A stretch of DNA of 64,000 bases, taken from positions 9,413-73,412 of the forward strand of contig DATLAK010000084.1 in assembly GCA_035527535.1 (NCBI GenBank), given 5' to 3'. This stretch comes from Armatimonadota bacterium (GTDB taxonomy: Bacteria > Armatimonadota > Hebobacteria > GCA-020354555 > CP070648). The position numbers were made by a program, and so were the translations under genes. Shown in pieces: positions 38,006-48,048 of this stretch. The notes under the pieces are model-generated. The model did not search any database. It was not told the DNA's origin and saw only the letters and a list, made by a program, of their open reading frames with translations. Each line of letters opens with the position of its first letter. Position 1 is the first letter of the stretch.

Positions 38006-38686
38006 ATGGAACAGCGGGAACTTGCGGTGACGAAACGGGAGCAGGCGGGCACCAGCGCCGCCCGGCGGCTGCGCCGCCAAGGGCTGGCGCCGGCGGTGCT
38101 GTATGGTCGGGGCCGGGCGCCGGTGGCGCTGGCGGTCAACGCCAAGCGCCTGCTCGAGGTCTTGCGCGCGGGCGGCCATAATGCGGTCGTGCGGCTGGAG
38201 GTGGAGAACGGCGGCGAGGAGCCGCCGACGGTGATGCTGCGCGAGATCCAGGTGCACCCGCTGACGGGCCAGGTGCTCAATGTTGACTTCCAGCGCATCT
38301 CCCTGACCGAGAAGATCACGGCGCAGGTGCCGGTGGTGGTGATCGGGGAGGCGCCGGGGCTGAAGCAGGGCGGCGTGCTCGACCATGTCCTGCGCGAGGT
38401 CGAGGTCGTGGCCCTGCCGACTGAGCTGCCCAACCGGATCGAGCTCGATATCTCGAAACTGGAGATCGGCCACGCGCTGCACGTCAGCGATCTCTCCCTG
38501 CCCTCCGAGGTGACGTTGGTCAGCGAGGCGAGCGGCATGGTGGTCTCGATGACCCTGCCGCGGGCGGTGGAGGAGGTCGCGCCCGCCGCGCCGACCGAAG
38601 CGCCTGAGGGCGAGGAAGCGCCCGCCGCGGGAGAAGCGCCGGCCGAGGAAGAGGACGCGGGGGCCGACGAAGGCGCCCCGAGGTGA
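38006..38686 (+). CDS. rplY: 50S ribosomal protein L25/general stress protein Ctc
   Basis: N-terminal L25 domain, a Ctc beta-barrel domain, acidic C-terminal tail. Confidence 0.8.
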   Translation: MEQRELAVTKREQAGTSAARRLRRQGLAPAVLYGRGRAPVALAVNAKRLLEVLRAGGHNAVVRLEVENGGEEPPTVMLREIQVHPLTGQVLNVDFQRISLTEKITAQVPVVVIGEAPGLKQGGVLDHVLREVEVVALPTELPNRIELDISKLEIGHALHVSDLSLPSEVTLVSEASGMVVSMTLPRAVEEVAPAAPTEAPEGEEAPAAGEAPAEEEDAGADEGAPR

Positions 38687-38760
38687 AGGGCGCGTGACCC
38701 GTCTCTCGCGGCCGGCGACCGCTCGAGGCAGGCTTGTACGGTGAGGCGCGACGGCGCCCG

Positions 38761-39324
38761 TCAGTGCGCGAAAGGCGATTCCGCCTTGTCCGCCGGAGCC
38801 GGGCGCTTGGGCGACCGCTTGAGGAAGGGCGCGGCGGTGCGCTGCATGGTCGCGGTCACGCGCATCCGCTTCTCATTCTCCGCCTCTCGCGGCGCGCGCT
38901 CCGGTTCCTTCCATTCCAGGCACAAATCGAGTTGCAGCAAGTGGTCGGGCGACAGCCATGCTGCCACCAGGGTGGCGTGGCGGCGGTGGTCGTCGCGCGC
39001 CACCCGCCATTGGGGCAGGTCCGGGGCGCCCTCGCGCGACCATCCCTGCTGTGTCATGCGGTCGTCGTAGTGCTGAAAGACCTCGATCGAGGGATAGTCG
39101 AGCGCGACGTAGTAGGCGGCCGTCTTCCAGTCCCGGTCCGGGACCGAATTCTCCCGCAGCTCAAGGGCGGACGGGTAGATCGGCAAGACGGCCTCCGGCT
39201 GCCGCCGCGGAAGCGCGTCCCGGCGGGACAGGATCAGGATCAGCCCCAGCCACCCCAGCATCACCAGGACGATGGCGATCGCAAGCCCCCGGCGCAGGCC
39301 CTTGTCGCGCCTTCTGTCATTCAT
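38761..39324 (-). CDS. membrane-anchored hypothetical protein
   Basis: N-terminal TM LAIAIVLVMLGWLGLILIL. Overlaps the upstream LysE-family gene end. Confidence 0.45.
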   Translation of the reverse strand: MNDRRRDKGLRRGLAIAIVLVMLGWLGLILILSRRDALPRRQPEAVLPIYPSALELRENSVPDRDWKTAAYYVALDYPSIEVFQHYDDRMTQQGWSREGAPDLPQWRVARDDHRRHATLVAAWLSPDHLLQLDLCLEWKEPERAPREAENEKRMRVTATMQRTAAPFLKRSPKRPAPADKAESPFAH

Positions 39325-40087
39325 GCTGCTCTTGCCTCGCCCGAGGATTCACGAGCTCGCGCGCGCCGGAGATGATGAAGTAGGCGGCGAGCACGACCAT
39401 GAACGCCCCACATGCGCCCACCAACCACCGATAGAATAGCGGCGACATGAACGAACGACCATACGACACCCCCAGCGCCACCAGGCAGTACCACACCAGG
39501 TCCGAACCCACGTGGCCGACGAACAGGACCCCCAGCCCGACCGCTCCGTCGCGCCTGGCGCGCGCGACCAGCGCCATCCCCAGGGTCGCCCACCACAAGC
39601 TCCAGTAAGGATGCGACAGGCTGATCAGCAGCCCGCGGGCGACCTCGCGCCCGGCGCTGCCCAGGCGCCAGGGTGCGCCGCCGGCCAGACCCCTCCCCGC
39701 GTCGAGGAAGCCAACCCCACCCGCGCCCGGCGACACCAGCATGCCCCAGCCCATCCACACCAGCACGCCGCCGCCGATCAGTCCCAGGGCGGCGAAGACG
39801 TAGCGCTTGCGCAGCGCCGCCCCCAGGCCGACCGCCAGCGCGGCGATGACCATCAGCTCCAGCAGCCCGTGCCCGACCATCAGCAGCGGTCCCGCCCAGA
39901 AGCCGTTCGCCGCGGCATCCGCCACCGTCACCGCCAGCAGCGGCCCCGGCATCAGCGCGCCCGAGAAGGCGGTGCCGAACGCGTACACCAGCAGCGCCGC
40001 CAATCGCCGACGCGCCGAGCCCCGCAGCCCTGCCGGCGGCGCGGGCGACGCGGATGCGGTTCGCGGATAGCGCCCGTCCCCGTTCAA
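39317..40087 (-). CDS. LysE/RhtB-type amino-acid exporter family protein
   Basis: ~6 TM protein with LysE-like topology. Start uncertain. Confidence 0.5.
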   Translation of the reverse strand: MNGDGRYPRTASASPAPPAGLRGSARRRLAALLVYAFGTAFSGALMPGPLLAVTVADAAANGFWAGPLLMVGHGLLELMVIAALAVGLGAALRKRYVFAALGLIGGGVLVWMGWGMLVSPGAGGVGFLDAGRGLAGGAPWRLGSAGREVARGLLISLSHPYWSLWWATLGMALVARARRDGAVGLGVLFVGHVGSDLVWYCLVALGVSYGRSFMSPLFYRWLVGACGAFMVVLAAYFIISGARELVNPRARQEQHE

Positions 40088-40174
40088 CGCTGGTTCACGT
40101 CCCGCAGCGGCTCCCCTGACCGCTGCCTTCCGCCGCTTCTCATCATCACCGGGGTGGCTTCACATGCTCCGAGC

Positions 40175-41329
40175 TCACCCGTGCACCATCTCCACGTTGG
40201 CCCGCGGCACCAGCGCGCGGCGGCCGTCCTCCAGCTCCACCTCCACCACGCGCACCTTCGCCTCGGTCTCCACCGGCTGCGGCTGCGCCGGCAGCGCCGT
40301 CACCTTCCCCAGCCGCCCGAAGTAAGGCTCCCGGATCAGTCGCACCTGCGCCCCCACCGCCAGTTGCGCGGGCGGGGACGGGCCCAAGGCGGACTGTATC
40401 CGCCCGACAGATGACGGTCCCTGTTCAGGAACAATCCCCCCTCGCGCCACGATGATCTCCGGCCGGATGACCCCCGCGCGGATCTGCGTCTCGCCATCAA
40501 TCGAGGCTTGCCTACCCGCCAGCGACGCCAGCAACTCGAAGGTCGCCGCCGCCATCGCGACGCTGCCGAAGCCCTCGGTGATGATGAGCGTGAACGGCAC
40601 CTGCTCCTGGCCGGTAATCGCCACCCCGATGTCGTAGCCGACGAACGCCCGCAGGTCGGTGTCCGCGATGCCGCCCACGACGACCCCGGCGGCGCCGGCC
40701 CGCCCCGCCGCCGCCAGCGACTCGCCGTCGGCGCTCGCACCCCCCACCAGCACCGCGCCCCGCGCCTGCTCGCCGACGAGCGAGAGGTCGAGCGGCGCTT
40801 CGGGCCCCCGCGCGGCCATGCGCACCACGCCGCGACGCTCGCCGCCCACTCCGAAGATCCCCTGCACCAGCGCCGCCTGGGTTTCCACCACTACCCCCTG
40901 CCCTTCGATCACGCGCTCCACGCGCCCGCCGATGTGCGCCAGCACCTCCAGCGGCACCGGCGCCTCGCGGATGGCCACGAACCCCGACAGCGGGCTGACA
41001 TGCTCGATCACCCCCGCCACCGGGGAGGCGCAGGCGTTGTGGAACAGCCCGAAGAAGCTGCGCGTCTCCGCGATCACCTCCCCCGCCGTGACCGCCTCCC
41101 CCGGCGCCTTGCGCATCGTCCCCGGCACATCGCCGGGGTTCACCCCCAGCCGCTCCGACACCTTGATCGACGTCAGATTGCCCGGTCGCATTGCCCGCGC
41201 CACCGGCGTTTCCGCCTCCACCTGCTGCCCTTGCGCCACCAGCACCTCGCCGGCGACGGGCAGTAGCCGCTCCTTGCGCAGGACGATATTCGCGGTCACC
41301 GTCAGACCGCAGGCATAGGCGATGGGCAT
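40175..41329 (-). CDS. hypothetical protein, co-transcribed with the GlmL-like gene
   Basis: GC3-rich 384-aa ORF immediately downstream (2-nt gap) of the ASKHA gene. Confidence 0.45.
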   Translation of the reverse strand: MPIAYACGLTVTANIVLRKERLLPVAGEVLVAQGQQVEAETPVARAMRPGNLTSIKVSERLGVNPGDVPGTMRKAPGEAVTAGEVIAETRSFFGLFHNACASPVAGVIEHVSPLSGFVAIREAPVPLEVLAHIGGRVERVIEGQGVVVETQAALVQGIFGVGGERRGVVRMAARGPEAPLDLSLVGEQARGAVLVGGASADGESLAAAGRAGAAGVVVGGIADTDLRAFVGYDIGVAITGQEQVPFTLIITEGFGSVAMAAATFELLASLAGRQASIDGETQIRAGVIRPEIIVARGGIVPEQGPSSVGRIQSALGPSPPAQLAVGAQVRLIREPYFGRLGKVTALPAQPQPVETEAKVRVVEVELEDGRRALVPRANVEMVHG

Positions 41330-41331
41330 GG

Positions 41332-43152
41332 CTAACCTTCTCCCCCTGCGCCGGCGCCGGGGGCGTCGGCGGCGCGCGGCGCCTGCGGGTCGGCGCCGAC
41401 CTGGCGCAGCCACCGCCGCAGTGTCAGCGCGCGGTCCTGCGACGGCAGCTCCAGCGGGCGCCCGCGCGCGTCAATGATCAGCCCCACCACCCCGCCGCGC
41501 GCGCGGACCGTTAGCGGCCGGCCCGCGCCCGCGCCCACATCCAGGCCGCGCGCCGGGCGCACCGTCACCTCGGCCTCGGCTCCGGTTTCAAGGGGGAACA
41601 CCCGCAGCTCTCCGAAAAGCGCTTCGACGTCGCCGTCGGGGGTGCTCACCACGACCGCGGAGGCGCCGGGCTTGGAGGCGCCCACCACCGCCACCACCGT
41701 GCCCAGCGGGATGAGGCAGTCGCGGCGGAAAACCTCGTGCGCGGCCTCCGGCAGCACCTGCGCCAGCACCCCGAGCTGGGGCATCATGAAGATGCTGTCC
41801 ACCGCCAGTTCGGTCACGCCCTCGGGCTGGAAAGCGTCAATCATCATCAGCGCCGCCTGCTCGCGGCGCGGCGCGTGGGACAGCACGCCCCCGCTGCCGA
41901 TGATCAGCCCCAGCTCCATCAGGTTGACCCGGCTCTCCGCGCCGGCGTCCTGGGAGAAGGTATCGCCCACCGTGCGCCGGCGCTGCACCCCGCGCAGTCC
42001 GACCGCCAACTGGCGATGCTGCGCCAGCGCCAGGCGCAGCGCCTCGCGCGCCACCGCCTGCTCGATCAACAGGTCATCGGGGGTTTGCGGGATGGTGGTC
42101 GGGCGGATCATCTTATTGCGCAGGCGGTTGCGCAGGTCCCCCTCCTCGACCGCGAACGGCACCCAGCGCGCGATGCCCTCGATCCCCGCCTTGGCCAGCA
42201 CGTTGGAGACGCTGTAGCTCATGCCGAGGTTGGCGCTCACGGTGCGCGTGAACTCGCCGCCGAAGACGGAGAACACGTCGGTCGTCGCCCCGCCGATGTC
42301 CACCGCCAACACGCTGCGCGCTTGCGCCTGGGCCGCGATCTGCACCATGTCGCCCACCGCCGCCGGGGTCGCCATCACCGGGGCGGTCGTCCACCCCAGC
42401 AGCTTGTCGTAGCCCGGCGCCTGGGCCATGACGTGCTCGAGGAAGAGCTGGTGGATGGCCGCCCGCGCCGGCCCCAGGTTCTCGCGCTCCAGCGCCGGCC
42501 GCAGGTTATCAACCACGGTCAGCCTGACCGCCGTGCCCAGGAGTTCGGCGACCGGCTCGCGGGCCTCGGCGTTGCCGGCGTAGATCACGGGCAACTGGAA
42601 CCCGCTGCCCAGGCGCGGCTTGGGCGCGGCGGCGCGCAGGATCTCCGCCATGTCGAGCAGGTGGCTGACGGTGCCGCCCTCGGTGCCGCCGGACATGAGG
42701 ATCATGTCCGGGCGCAGGCTGCGGATGCGCTCGATCTGCTCGTGATCCTCGCGCCCGTCATCCACCGCCAGCACGTCAATCACGATCGCGCCCGCGCCCA
42801 GCGCCGCCCGCTGCGCGCTCTCCGCGGTCATGTTCTTGACCACGCCCGTCACCAACATCTGCAAGCCGCCGCCCGCGCTGCTGGTCGAAACGTAAAGGTC
42901 GGCACCCCCCGACCCGTTGCCCCCGACCCGCAGCCGCCCGTTGTGGACGAACGACTCGCCGGTGAGGTCCTCCAGCTCGCCCGCGGCGTTGAGAACGCCC
43001 ACGGTGACGTCGTCGAAGGGGGCTTCCACCGTCGTCGGCGCCTCGCCGCGCGCGACCAAGCGGTAGCCGTCATCCCCCCGGCGAATGAGGATCGCCTTGG
43101 TGGTGGTGCTCCCGCAGTCGGTGGCGAGGATGGTATTGACGGAGTCGCCCAT
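41332..43152 (-). CDS. ASKHA-superfamily protein, glutamate-mutase accessory (GlmL/MutL)-like
   Basis: ILATDCGSTTTKA phosphate-1 motif. ~600 aa. Confidence 0.55.
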   Translation of the reverse strand: MGDSVNTILATDCGSTTTKAILIRRGDDGYRLVARGEAPTTVEAPFDDVTVGVLNAAGELEDLTGESFVHNGRLRVGGNGSGGADLYVSTSSAGGGLQMLVTGVVKNMTAESAQRAALGAGAIVIDVLAVDDGREDHEQIERIRSLRPDMILMSGGTEGGTVSHLLDMAEILRAAAPKPRLGSGFQLPVIYAGNAEAREPVAELLGTAVRLTVVDNLRPALERENLGPARAAIHQLFLEHVMAQAPGYDKLLGWTTAPVMATPAAVGDMVQIAAQAQARSVLAVDIGGATTDVFSVFGGEFTRTVSANLGMSYSVSNVLAKAGIEGIARWVPFAVEEGDLRNRLRNKMIRPTTIPQTPDDLLIEQAVAREALRLALAQHRQLAVGLRGVQRRRTVGDTFSQDAGAESRVNLMELGLIIGSGGVLSHAPRREQAALMMIDAFQPEGVTELAVDSIFMMPQLGVLAQVLPEAAHEVFRRDCLIPLGTVVAVVGASKPGASAVVVSTPDGDVEALFGELRVFPLETGAEAEVTVRPARGLDVGAGAGRPLTVRARGGVVGLIIDARGRPLELPSQDRALTLRRWLRQVGADPQAPRAADAPGAGAGGEG

Positions 43153-43290
43153 AATGGGTGTCGGCAGGCGCGCGGCGTGAGGTCCGACCACGCGGCGCGA
43201 CGCTGCGATTGCATCTTAGCATAGCCCTGTTTCCACGGTCAACGCGGGGCGCAAGGGTTATGACCCGCGCGTGCCGAACACGCAGGAGAC

Positions 43291-44547
43291 TTGACGCAAG
43301 GAGGCCGCAAGGTGAGTCACGCGACGGCGAAGATAGCGATGTTGATCTGCGACGGGCTGGGCGACCGCCCGTGCCCGGAGCTCGACGGCGAGACCCCGCT
43401 CGAGGCGGCCCGCAAGCCCCACCTCGACGCCATCGCCGCCCGCGGCGAGTGCGGCATCATGGACCCCATCGCCCCCGGCATCCGCGCCGGCAGCGATACC
43501 TCCCACCTCGCCCTGCTCGGCTACGACCCCCACACCACCTACACCGGGCGCGGCCCCTTCGAGGCCGCCGGCATCGGCATGGATGTCCGCGGCGGCGACA
43601 TCTGCTTCCGCTGCAACTTCGCCACCGTGGACGACGGTTTCGTCATCCAAGACCGCCGCGCCGGGCGCATCGAGCACGGCACCCGCGAACTCGCCCAGGC
43701 CCTCGACGGCATGACGCTCGATGGCGTCACCGCCGTCTTCAAGGAGTCCATCGAGCACCGCGCCGCCCTCATCCTGCGCGGCGAAGGCCTCGGCCACGAT
43801 GTCACCGACACCGACCCCCACGAGACCGGCCAGAAGGTCTGGCAGGCCCGCGGCGGCGACCCCGCAAGCGAGAAGACCGCCCGCGCCGTCAACCAGTTCG
43901 TGCGCCGCTCGTATGAGTTGCTCAAGGGCCATCCCGTCAACCAACAGCGCCGCCGGGAAGGCAAGCCGCCGGCTAGTATCGTCCTGCCGCGGGGCGCCGG
44001 CATCGCCCCCCACCTGGAGCCGTTCGAGCAGCGCCACAAGCTGAGCGGCGCGTGCGTGGTCGAGGTCGGGCTGATCAAGGGTCTCGGCCGCTACTTGAAG
44101 ATGGCGGTGCCCGAGGTGGCGAGGGCGACCGGCGGCTACGACACCGACGAGCTGGCGCTGGCCCAGGCGGCGGTGGAGGCGCTGGCGGCGAATGATTTCG
44201 TGTTGTGTAATCTCAAGACCAGCGACCTCGCCGGCCATGACGGCGACGCGCAGCGCAAGGTCGCGGCGGTGGAGAAGTTCGACCGCCTGGCCGGGTACAT
44301 CGCCGAGCAGTTGGGCGACGACGCCTACATCGTCATCACCGGCGATCACTCCACCCCGGTAGCGGTGCAGGATCACTCCGGCGACCCGCTGCCGCTGGCG
44401 CTGGCGGGGCCGGGCGTGCGCACCGACGCGGTGCGCGAGTTCGGCGAACGGGCGACCGCCGTCGGCGGACTGGGGCGTATTCGCGGCGCCGACATCATGC
44501 CCATTCTGACCAGTCTCGTGATGACGCAGGACAAGTTCGGGGCGTAG
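43291..44547 (+). CDS. apgM: 2,3-bisphosphoglycerate-independent phosphoglycerate mutase, archaeal type (ApgM)
   Basis: LICDGLGD metal-binding motif. ITGDHSTP. Possible alternative GTG start at 43309. Confidence 0.7.
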   Translation: MTQGGRKVSHATAKIAMLICDGLGDRPCPELDGETPLEAARKPHLDAIAARGECGIMDPIAPGIRAGSDTSHLALLGYDPHTTYTGRGPFEAAGIGMDVRGGDICFRCNFATVDDGFVIQDRRAGRIEHGTRELAQALDGMTLDGVTAVFKESIEHRAALILRGEGLGHDVTDTDPHETGQKVWQARGGDPASEKTARAVNQFVRRSYELLKGHPVNQQRRREGKPPASIVLPRGAGIAPHLEPFEQRHKLSGACVVEVGLIKGLGRYLKMAVPEVARATGGYDTDELALAQAAVEALAANDFVLCNLKTSDLAGHDGDAQRKVAAVEKFDRLAGYIAEQLGDDAYIVITGDHSTPVAVQDHSGDPLPLALAGPGVRTDAVREFGERATAVGGLGRIRGADIMPILTSLVMTQDKFGA

Positions 44548-44785
44548 CCGTTCGCGGGGCTGGGCCGCCAGCCGGAGCGGGGGCGATGCACCGCGGGTTT
44601 GCCTGCCCTATTGAGTGGCTAGGTCGCGCCGCGACCGCCACCCCGGCCCAGCGGGCTTAAGGGCTCGTCGAATGGGTCGAAGGGGGGCCCCGCCTGGCGA
44701 CCGGCGGGCAAGCCCCGGCAGTGCTACATGGCAGGGCTCACACCAACGTACCGAGTTCACACCCCCTCGGCAGGAGCTGCTGGGT

Positions 44786-44850
44786 CAGTCGGCGCAGCCC
44801 CCAGTCAGTCGGCGCAGCCCTTGACAGGCCATGGCGCCCTGTGCTAGATT
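44786..44850 (+). promoter_or_regulatory. tandem 15-mer CAGTCGGCGCAGCCC x2 followed by promoter TTGACA-N18-TGcTAGATT
   Basis: -35 at 44821-44826. Extended -10 at 44842-44850. Begins a ~430 bp leader before the 3D-domain gene. Confidence 0.4.
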
Positions 44851-44896
44851 GACGAGTCGCGACTCAAGGGGGCGACCTGGCCGAAGCGGAGACTAT

Positions 44897-44923
44897 CTCG
44901 CCCCGACCGGTCGGGGCGCCCGT
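44897..44923. repeat. REP-B CTCGCCCCGACCGGTCGGGGCGCCCGT
   Basis: 27/27 identical to 52548-52574. Confidence 0.65.
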
Positions 44924-45279
44924 TGGAGTCCGACACAATTTGGCCGGAATTGCATGGTGGCCCGGAGCTTGCCCTGAGTGAGCCGAAGGGTTCTCAACCG
45001 GCGCCACCGACCAGGGCTGACAGCACCAATCGCCGCCTCGCATCGCAGCACCGCCCCACGCACAGTCCCACCACGACCTATGCTGCTCAAGTCGCGCCTC
45101 GGCTGGTGCCGCGTCAAGATTGACCTGCATGGGATATCCTTTGTCGTGGCGAGAATTGCGCCCCGACATGGAACGTACCCATCAGCTCACGGTTGACGGG
45201 GCGCTGGGTTCCTGGTGCGGCGGGCGGAGCCAGACGGTGGCGTCGCTCCGGAGCGGACAACTCCGAGGGAGGACCCTGT

Positions 45280-46158
45280 ATGGCACCACGCGGCCGCGGC
45301 CCGGGTAGGATGCATCGCTTCGAGCCGGTATTCCCCGGCGCCTGGCGCCTGGGGATGCTCAGCGCGCTGATTGCCGCTCTCTGCCTGATCACGTGGTCCA
45401 TCGGCGGCGCGGGCGTTACCCCCTTGTGCGCCGACGCCGCGCCCGACGACGGGCGGGTGATGGTCACCTTGCTCGCCGACGGCGAGCAATCAACCCTTCG
45501 CAGCGACCCGGTGATGGTCGCCGAGCTGCTGGCGAGCGCGGGTATCGCGCTGGGCGAGCTCGACCGCGTCGAGCCTGCGCTGGAGCGCGTGGTGGCGGAG
45601 GGCGATGTCGTGCGCGTGGTGCGGGTGACGCGCGAAGTGGTCGAGCGGGAGATCGAGATCCCGATCGCCACCCGCGTGCGCCTTGATCGTCGCGTGCACC
45701 GGCCGATTACCCTGCGCCCGGGCCGGCCGGGGCGGGCGCTGGCGACGCTGGAGGTCTGGCGCCGCGACGGCGCGGAGACGCAGCGCAGCGTGATCTCGCA
45801 GCGGACGCTCGAGCCGATGCGGCCGCAGGTGGTGGTGCGGGGGACCGTATCCTTTCCTTCGCGCGGCGGGCAGGTGCTATACCTGGAGGCGACGGGCTAT
45901 GACCCCGGGCCGCGCAGCTGCGGGCGCTATGCCAGCGGCTACACCGCCATCGGGGTGCGCGCGGGCAAGGGGATCGCGGCGGTGGATCCGCGGGTGATCC
46001 CCCTGGGCACGCGGCTCTACGTTGACGGCTACGGCGAGTGTGTCGCCGCCGACGTCGGCAGCGCCATCAAGGGCCGCCGCATAGACCTCGGCTTCGACAC
46101 CTACCGCGAAGCGCTGGCCTGGGGGCGGCGCACGGTGCGGGTGCGCATACTGGAGTGA
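45280..46158 (+). CDS. 3D-domain (RlpA/MltA-like) cell-wall-binding protein with N-terminal TM helix and G5/DUF348-like region
   Basis: C-terminal YLEATGYDPGPRSCG...GIAAVDPRVIPLGTRLYVDGYGECVAADVGSAIKGRRIDL is the 3D domain. RBS GGGAGG. Confidence 0.7.
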   Translation: MAPRGRGPGRMHRFEPVFPGAWRLGMLSALIAALCLITWSIGGAGVTPLCADAAPDDGRVMVTLLADGEQSTLRSDPVMVAELLASAGIALGELDRVEPALERVVAEGDVVRVVRVTREVVEREIEIPIATRVRLDRRVHRPITLRPGRPGRALATLEVWRRDGAETQRSVISQRTLEPMRPQVVVRGTVSFPSRGGQVLYLEATGYDPGPRSCGRYASGYTAIGVRAGKGIAAVDPRVIPLGTRLYVDGYGECVAADVGSAIKGRRIDLGFDTYREALAWGRRTVRVRILE

Positions 46159-46200
46159 CCCCGATTCCCACCGCGCGCGGCGCCCGGCACGCGGACCGCG

Positions 46201-46983
46201 TCACGCGCCCAGCTCCCGCTGCAGCAGCTCCTTCATCTGCGCCGCGTTGGTGGCGGCCTGGCCCCCGTAGCAGTTGTTCATGAACACGTACACGCGCTCG
46301 GTCTCCTCCTCGAGCCCGCGGATCTTGGGCGTCCACTCGCGCAGCTCTTCTTCGCTGTAGAGGTAGTCGTAGCGCGTCTTGGCGTCGCCTTTCCACCATT
46401 TCTCGTAGTTGCGCCCGTGGAAGCGCACATAGCCGATCGCGGAGGTGGCGACGGCGACGGGCGGCATGAGACTGCTAAAGCGCGGCTCGTCCACCGCGCA
46501 GAAGCCGATGCCGGCCTCACGCAGGAGATCGAACACCGCCGGCTGCGCCCATTCGCGGCTGCGAAACTCCGCCACCAGCGGCAGCGCGCCGAAGCGCTGC
46601 TTGAACTCAAGCAGGTAACGGCGATTGTCCTCGGTGTTGTGGAAGCGGTGCGGGAACTGCGCCAGCACGCACCCGAACTTGTCCGCCTCCAGCAGCGGTT
46701 GCAGCGAATCCAGGAACGCCTGGAAGTCCTCGTCGTCGCCCGCGCCCGGCTCGTGAGTGAGACCGCCGTAGGCCTTGACCGTGAATCGGAAGCCGGCGGG
46801 CACCTTCTGCGCCATGTAATGGAACGTGCGCGCGGGCAGCAGCCGGTAGTAGGTCGAGTTGACCTCCAGGCAGTCGAAGCGTTCGCCGTAGTACCTCAAC
46901 CACTCCTTCGCGGGCATATCGCCGGGATAGAAGCTGCCCTTCCAATCGGGGAACTTGAAGCCGGAAGTGCCGACGTGGATCAT
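46201..46983 (-). CDS. DUF72 (YecE) family protein
   Basis: IHVGTSGFKFPDWKGSFYP is the DUF72 hallmark. Confidence 0.75.
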   Translation of the reverse strand: MIHVGTSGFKFPDWKGSFYPGDMPAKEWLRYYGERFDCLEVNSTYYRLLPARTFHYMAQKVPAGFRFTVKAYGGLTHEPGAGDDEDFQAFLDSLQPLLEADKFGCVLAQFPHRFHNTEDNRRYLLEFKQRFGALPLVAEFRSREWAQPAVFDLLREAGIGFCAVDEPRFSSLMPPVAVATSAIGYVRFHGRNYEKWWKGDAKTRYDYLYSEEELREWTPKIRGLEEETERVYVFMNNCYGGQAATNAAQMKELLQRELGA

Positions 46984-47840
46984 CTGCGTCGCCCCTGCCG
47001 GCGGCGGCGCGGCTGACAGGCGGGGCAGAAATGCGCCGAGCGACCGGCGAGCACCATGCGTTTGATTTCCGCCCCGCAGCGCTTGCACGGCAGCCCCGCG
47101 CGCTGATAGACCGCTAGGCAGCCCTGGAAGTCCCCGGGCGCGCCGCGCGCATCAACGTAGCCCCCGTCGGCGGAGGAGGTGCCGCAGCGACGAATGGCGC
47201 GGCGCAGGACCTGCGGCAGCGCGCGGCCCAAGCGCAATGTCTCGTCGTCGGTCAGGGTGTTGGCCGGTTGCGCGGGGTGTACCCCCGCGCGAAACAGCGC
47301 CTCGTCGGCGTAGATGTTGCCCACGCCTGCGAGCAGGCGCTGATCCATGAGCACCGGTTTGATGGCGGCGGAGCGGCGCGGCAGGTGGGCGCGCAGATGC
47401 GCGCACAGGCCCCGCCCGAACGGCTCGGGGCCGAGGCTGGTCAACCCCGGGATCGCCGACAGGTCGGTGCCGCGGGCGACATAGACCTCCCCGAAGCGGC
47501 GGGGGTCAACATAGCGCAGCTCGCGGCCATCTTCGAGGCGCAGCGTGACGTGGGTATGCGTGGCTCGCGGCTCGTCCGTCGCCGTTGCCAGCAGGCGTCC
47601 GCTCATGCCCAGGCGCACGACCAGGGTATCGGCGTCGTCGAGGGTCAGCACCAGGGCCTTGCCGCGGCGGCCGACGGCGGTGATGCGCCGGCCGACCGCG
47701 AGGCGCGCAAACCGGCGAGCCGACTGGCGGTGGCGGCCCAGGAGGTCGCGCTTGCCGACGAGCGCTGCGACGATGCGGCGGCCGCTGATCTCAGGCGCGA
47801 GTTGACGGCGAATGGTTTCCGCTTCCGGCAGTTCCGGCAT
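46980..47840 (-). CDS. mutM: formamidopyrimidine-DNA glycosylase
   Basis: N-terminal MPELPEAET (Pro2, Glu3), H2TH, C-terminal C4 zinc finger CKRCGAEIKRMVLAGRSAHFCPAC. Confidence 0.9.
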   Translation of the reverse strand: MPELPEAETIRRQLAPEISGRRIVAALVGKRDLLGRHRQSARRFARLAVGRRITAVGRRGKALVLTLDDADTLVVRLGMSGRLLATATDEPRATHTHVTLRLEDGRELRYVDPRRFGEVYVARGTDLSAIPGLTSLGPEPFGRGLCAHLRAHLPRRSAAIKPVLMDQRLLAGVGNIYADEALFRAGVHPAQPANTLTDDETLRLGRALPQVLRRAIRRCGTSSADGGYVDARGAPGDFQGCLAVYQRAGLPCKRCGAEIKRMVLAGRSAHFCPACQPRRRRQGRRR

Positions 47841-48048
47841 CCGCGAGCCTCGCGATCGCGGCGGGCCGTCCGCGGTCGGGAATCCATGGTCGGCGGCCCG
47901 CGACTGCCTAGATTATAGCAGAACGCGAGCGTGAATTCGGCTGCGCGGAAAGGCCAGGCAGCGCACGCGGCGAAACATATCACGTCATGGTCGCCGCAGC
48001 CGCCGCCTGGTAAAAAAGCGTTTGCTCCGGTCAAGAGCGTGTGGTATA

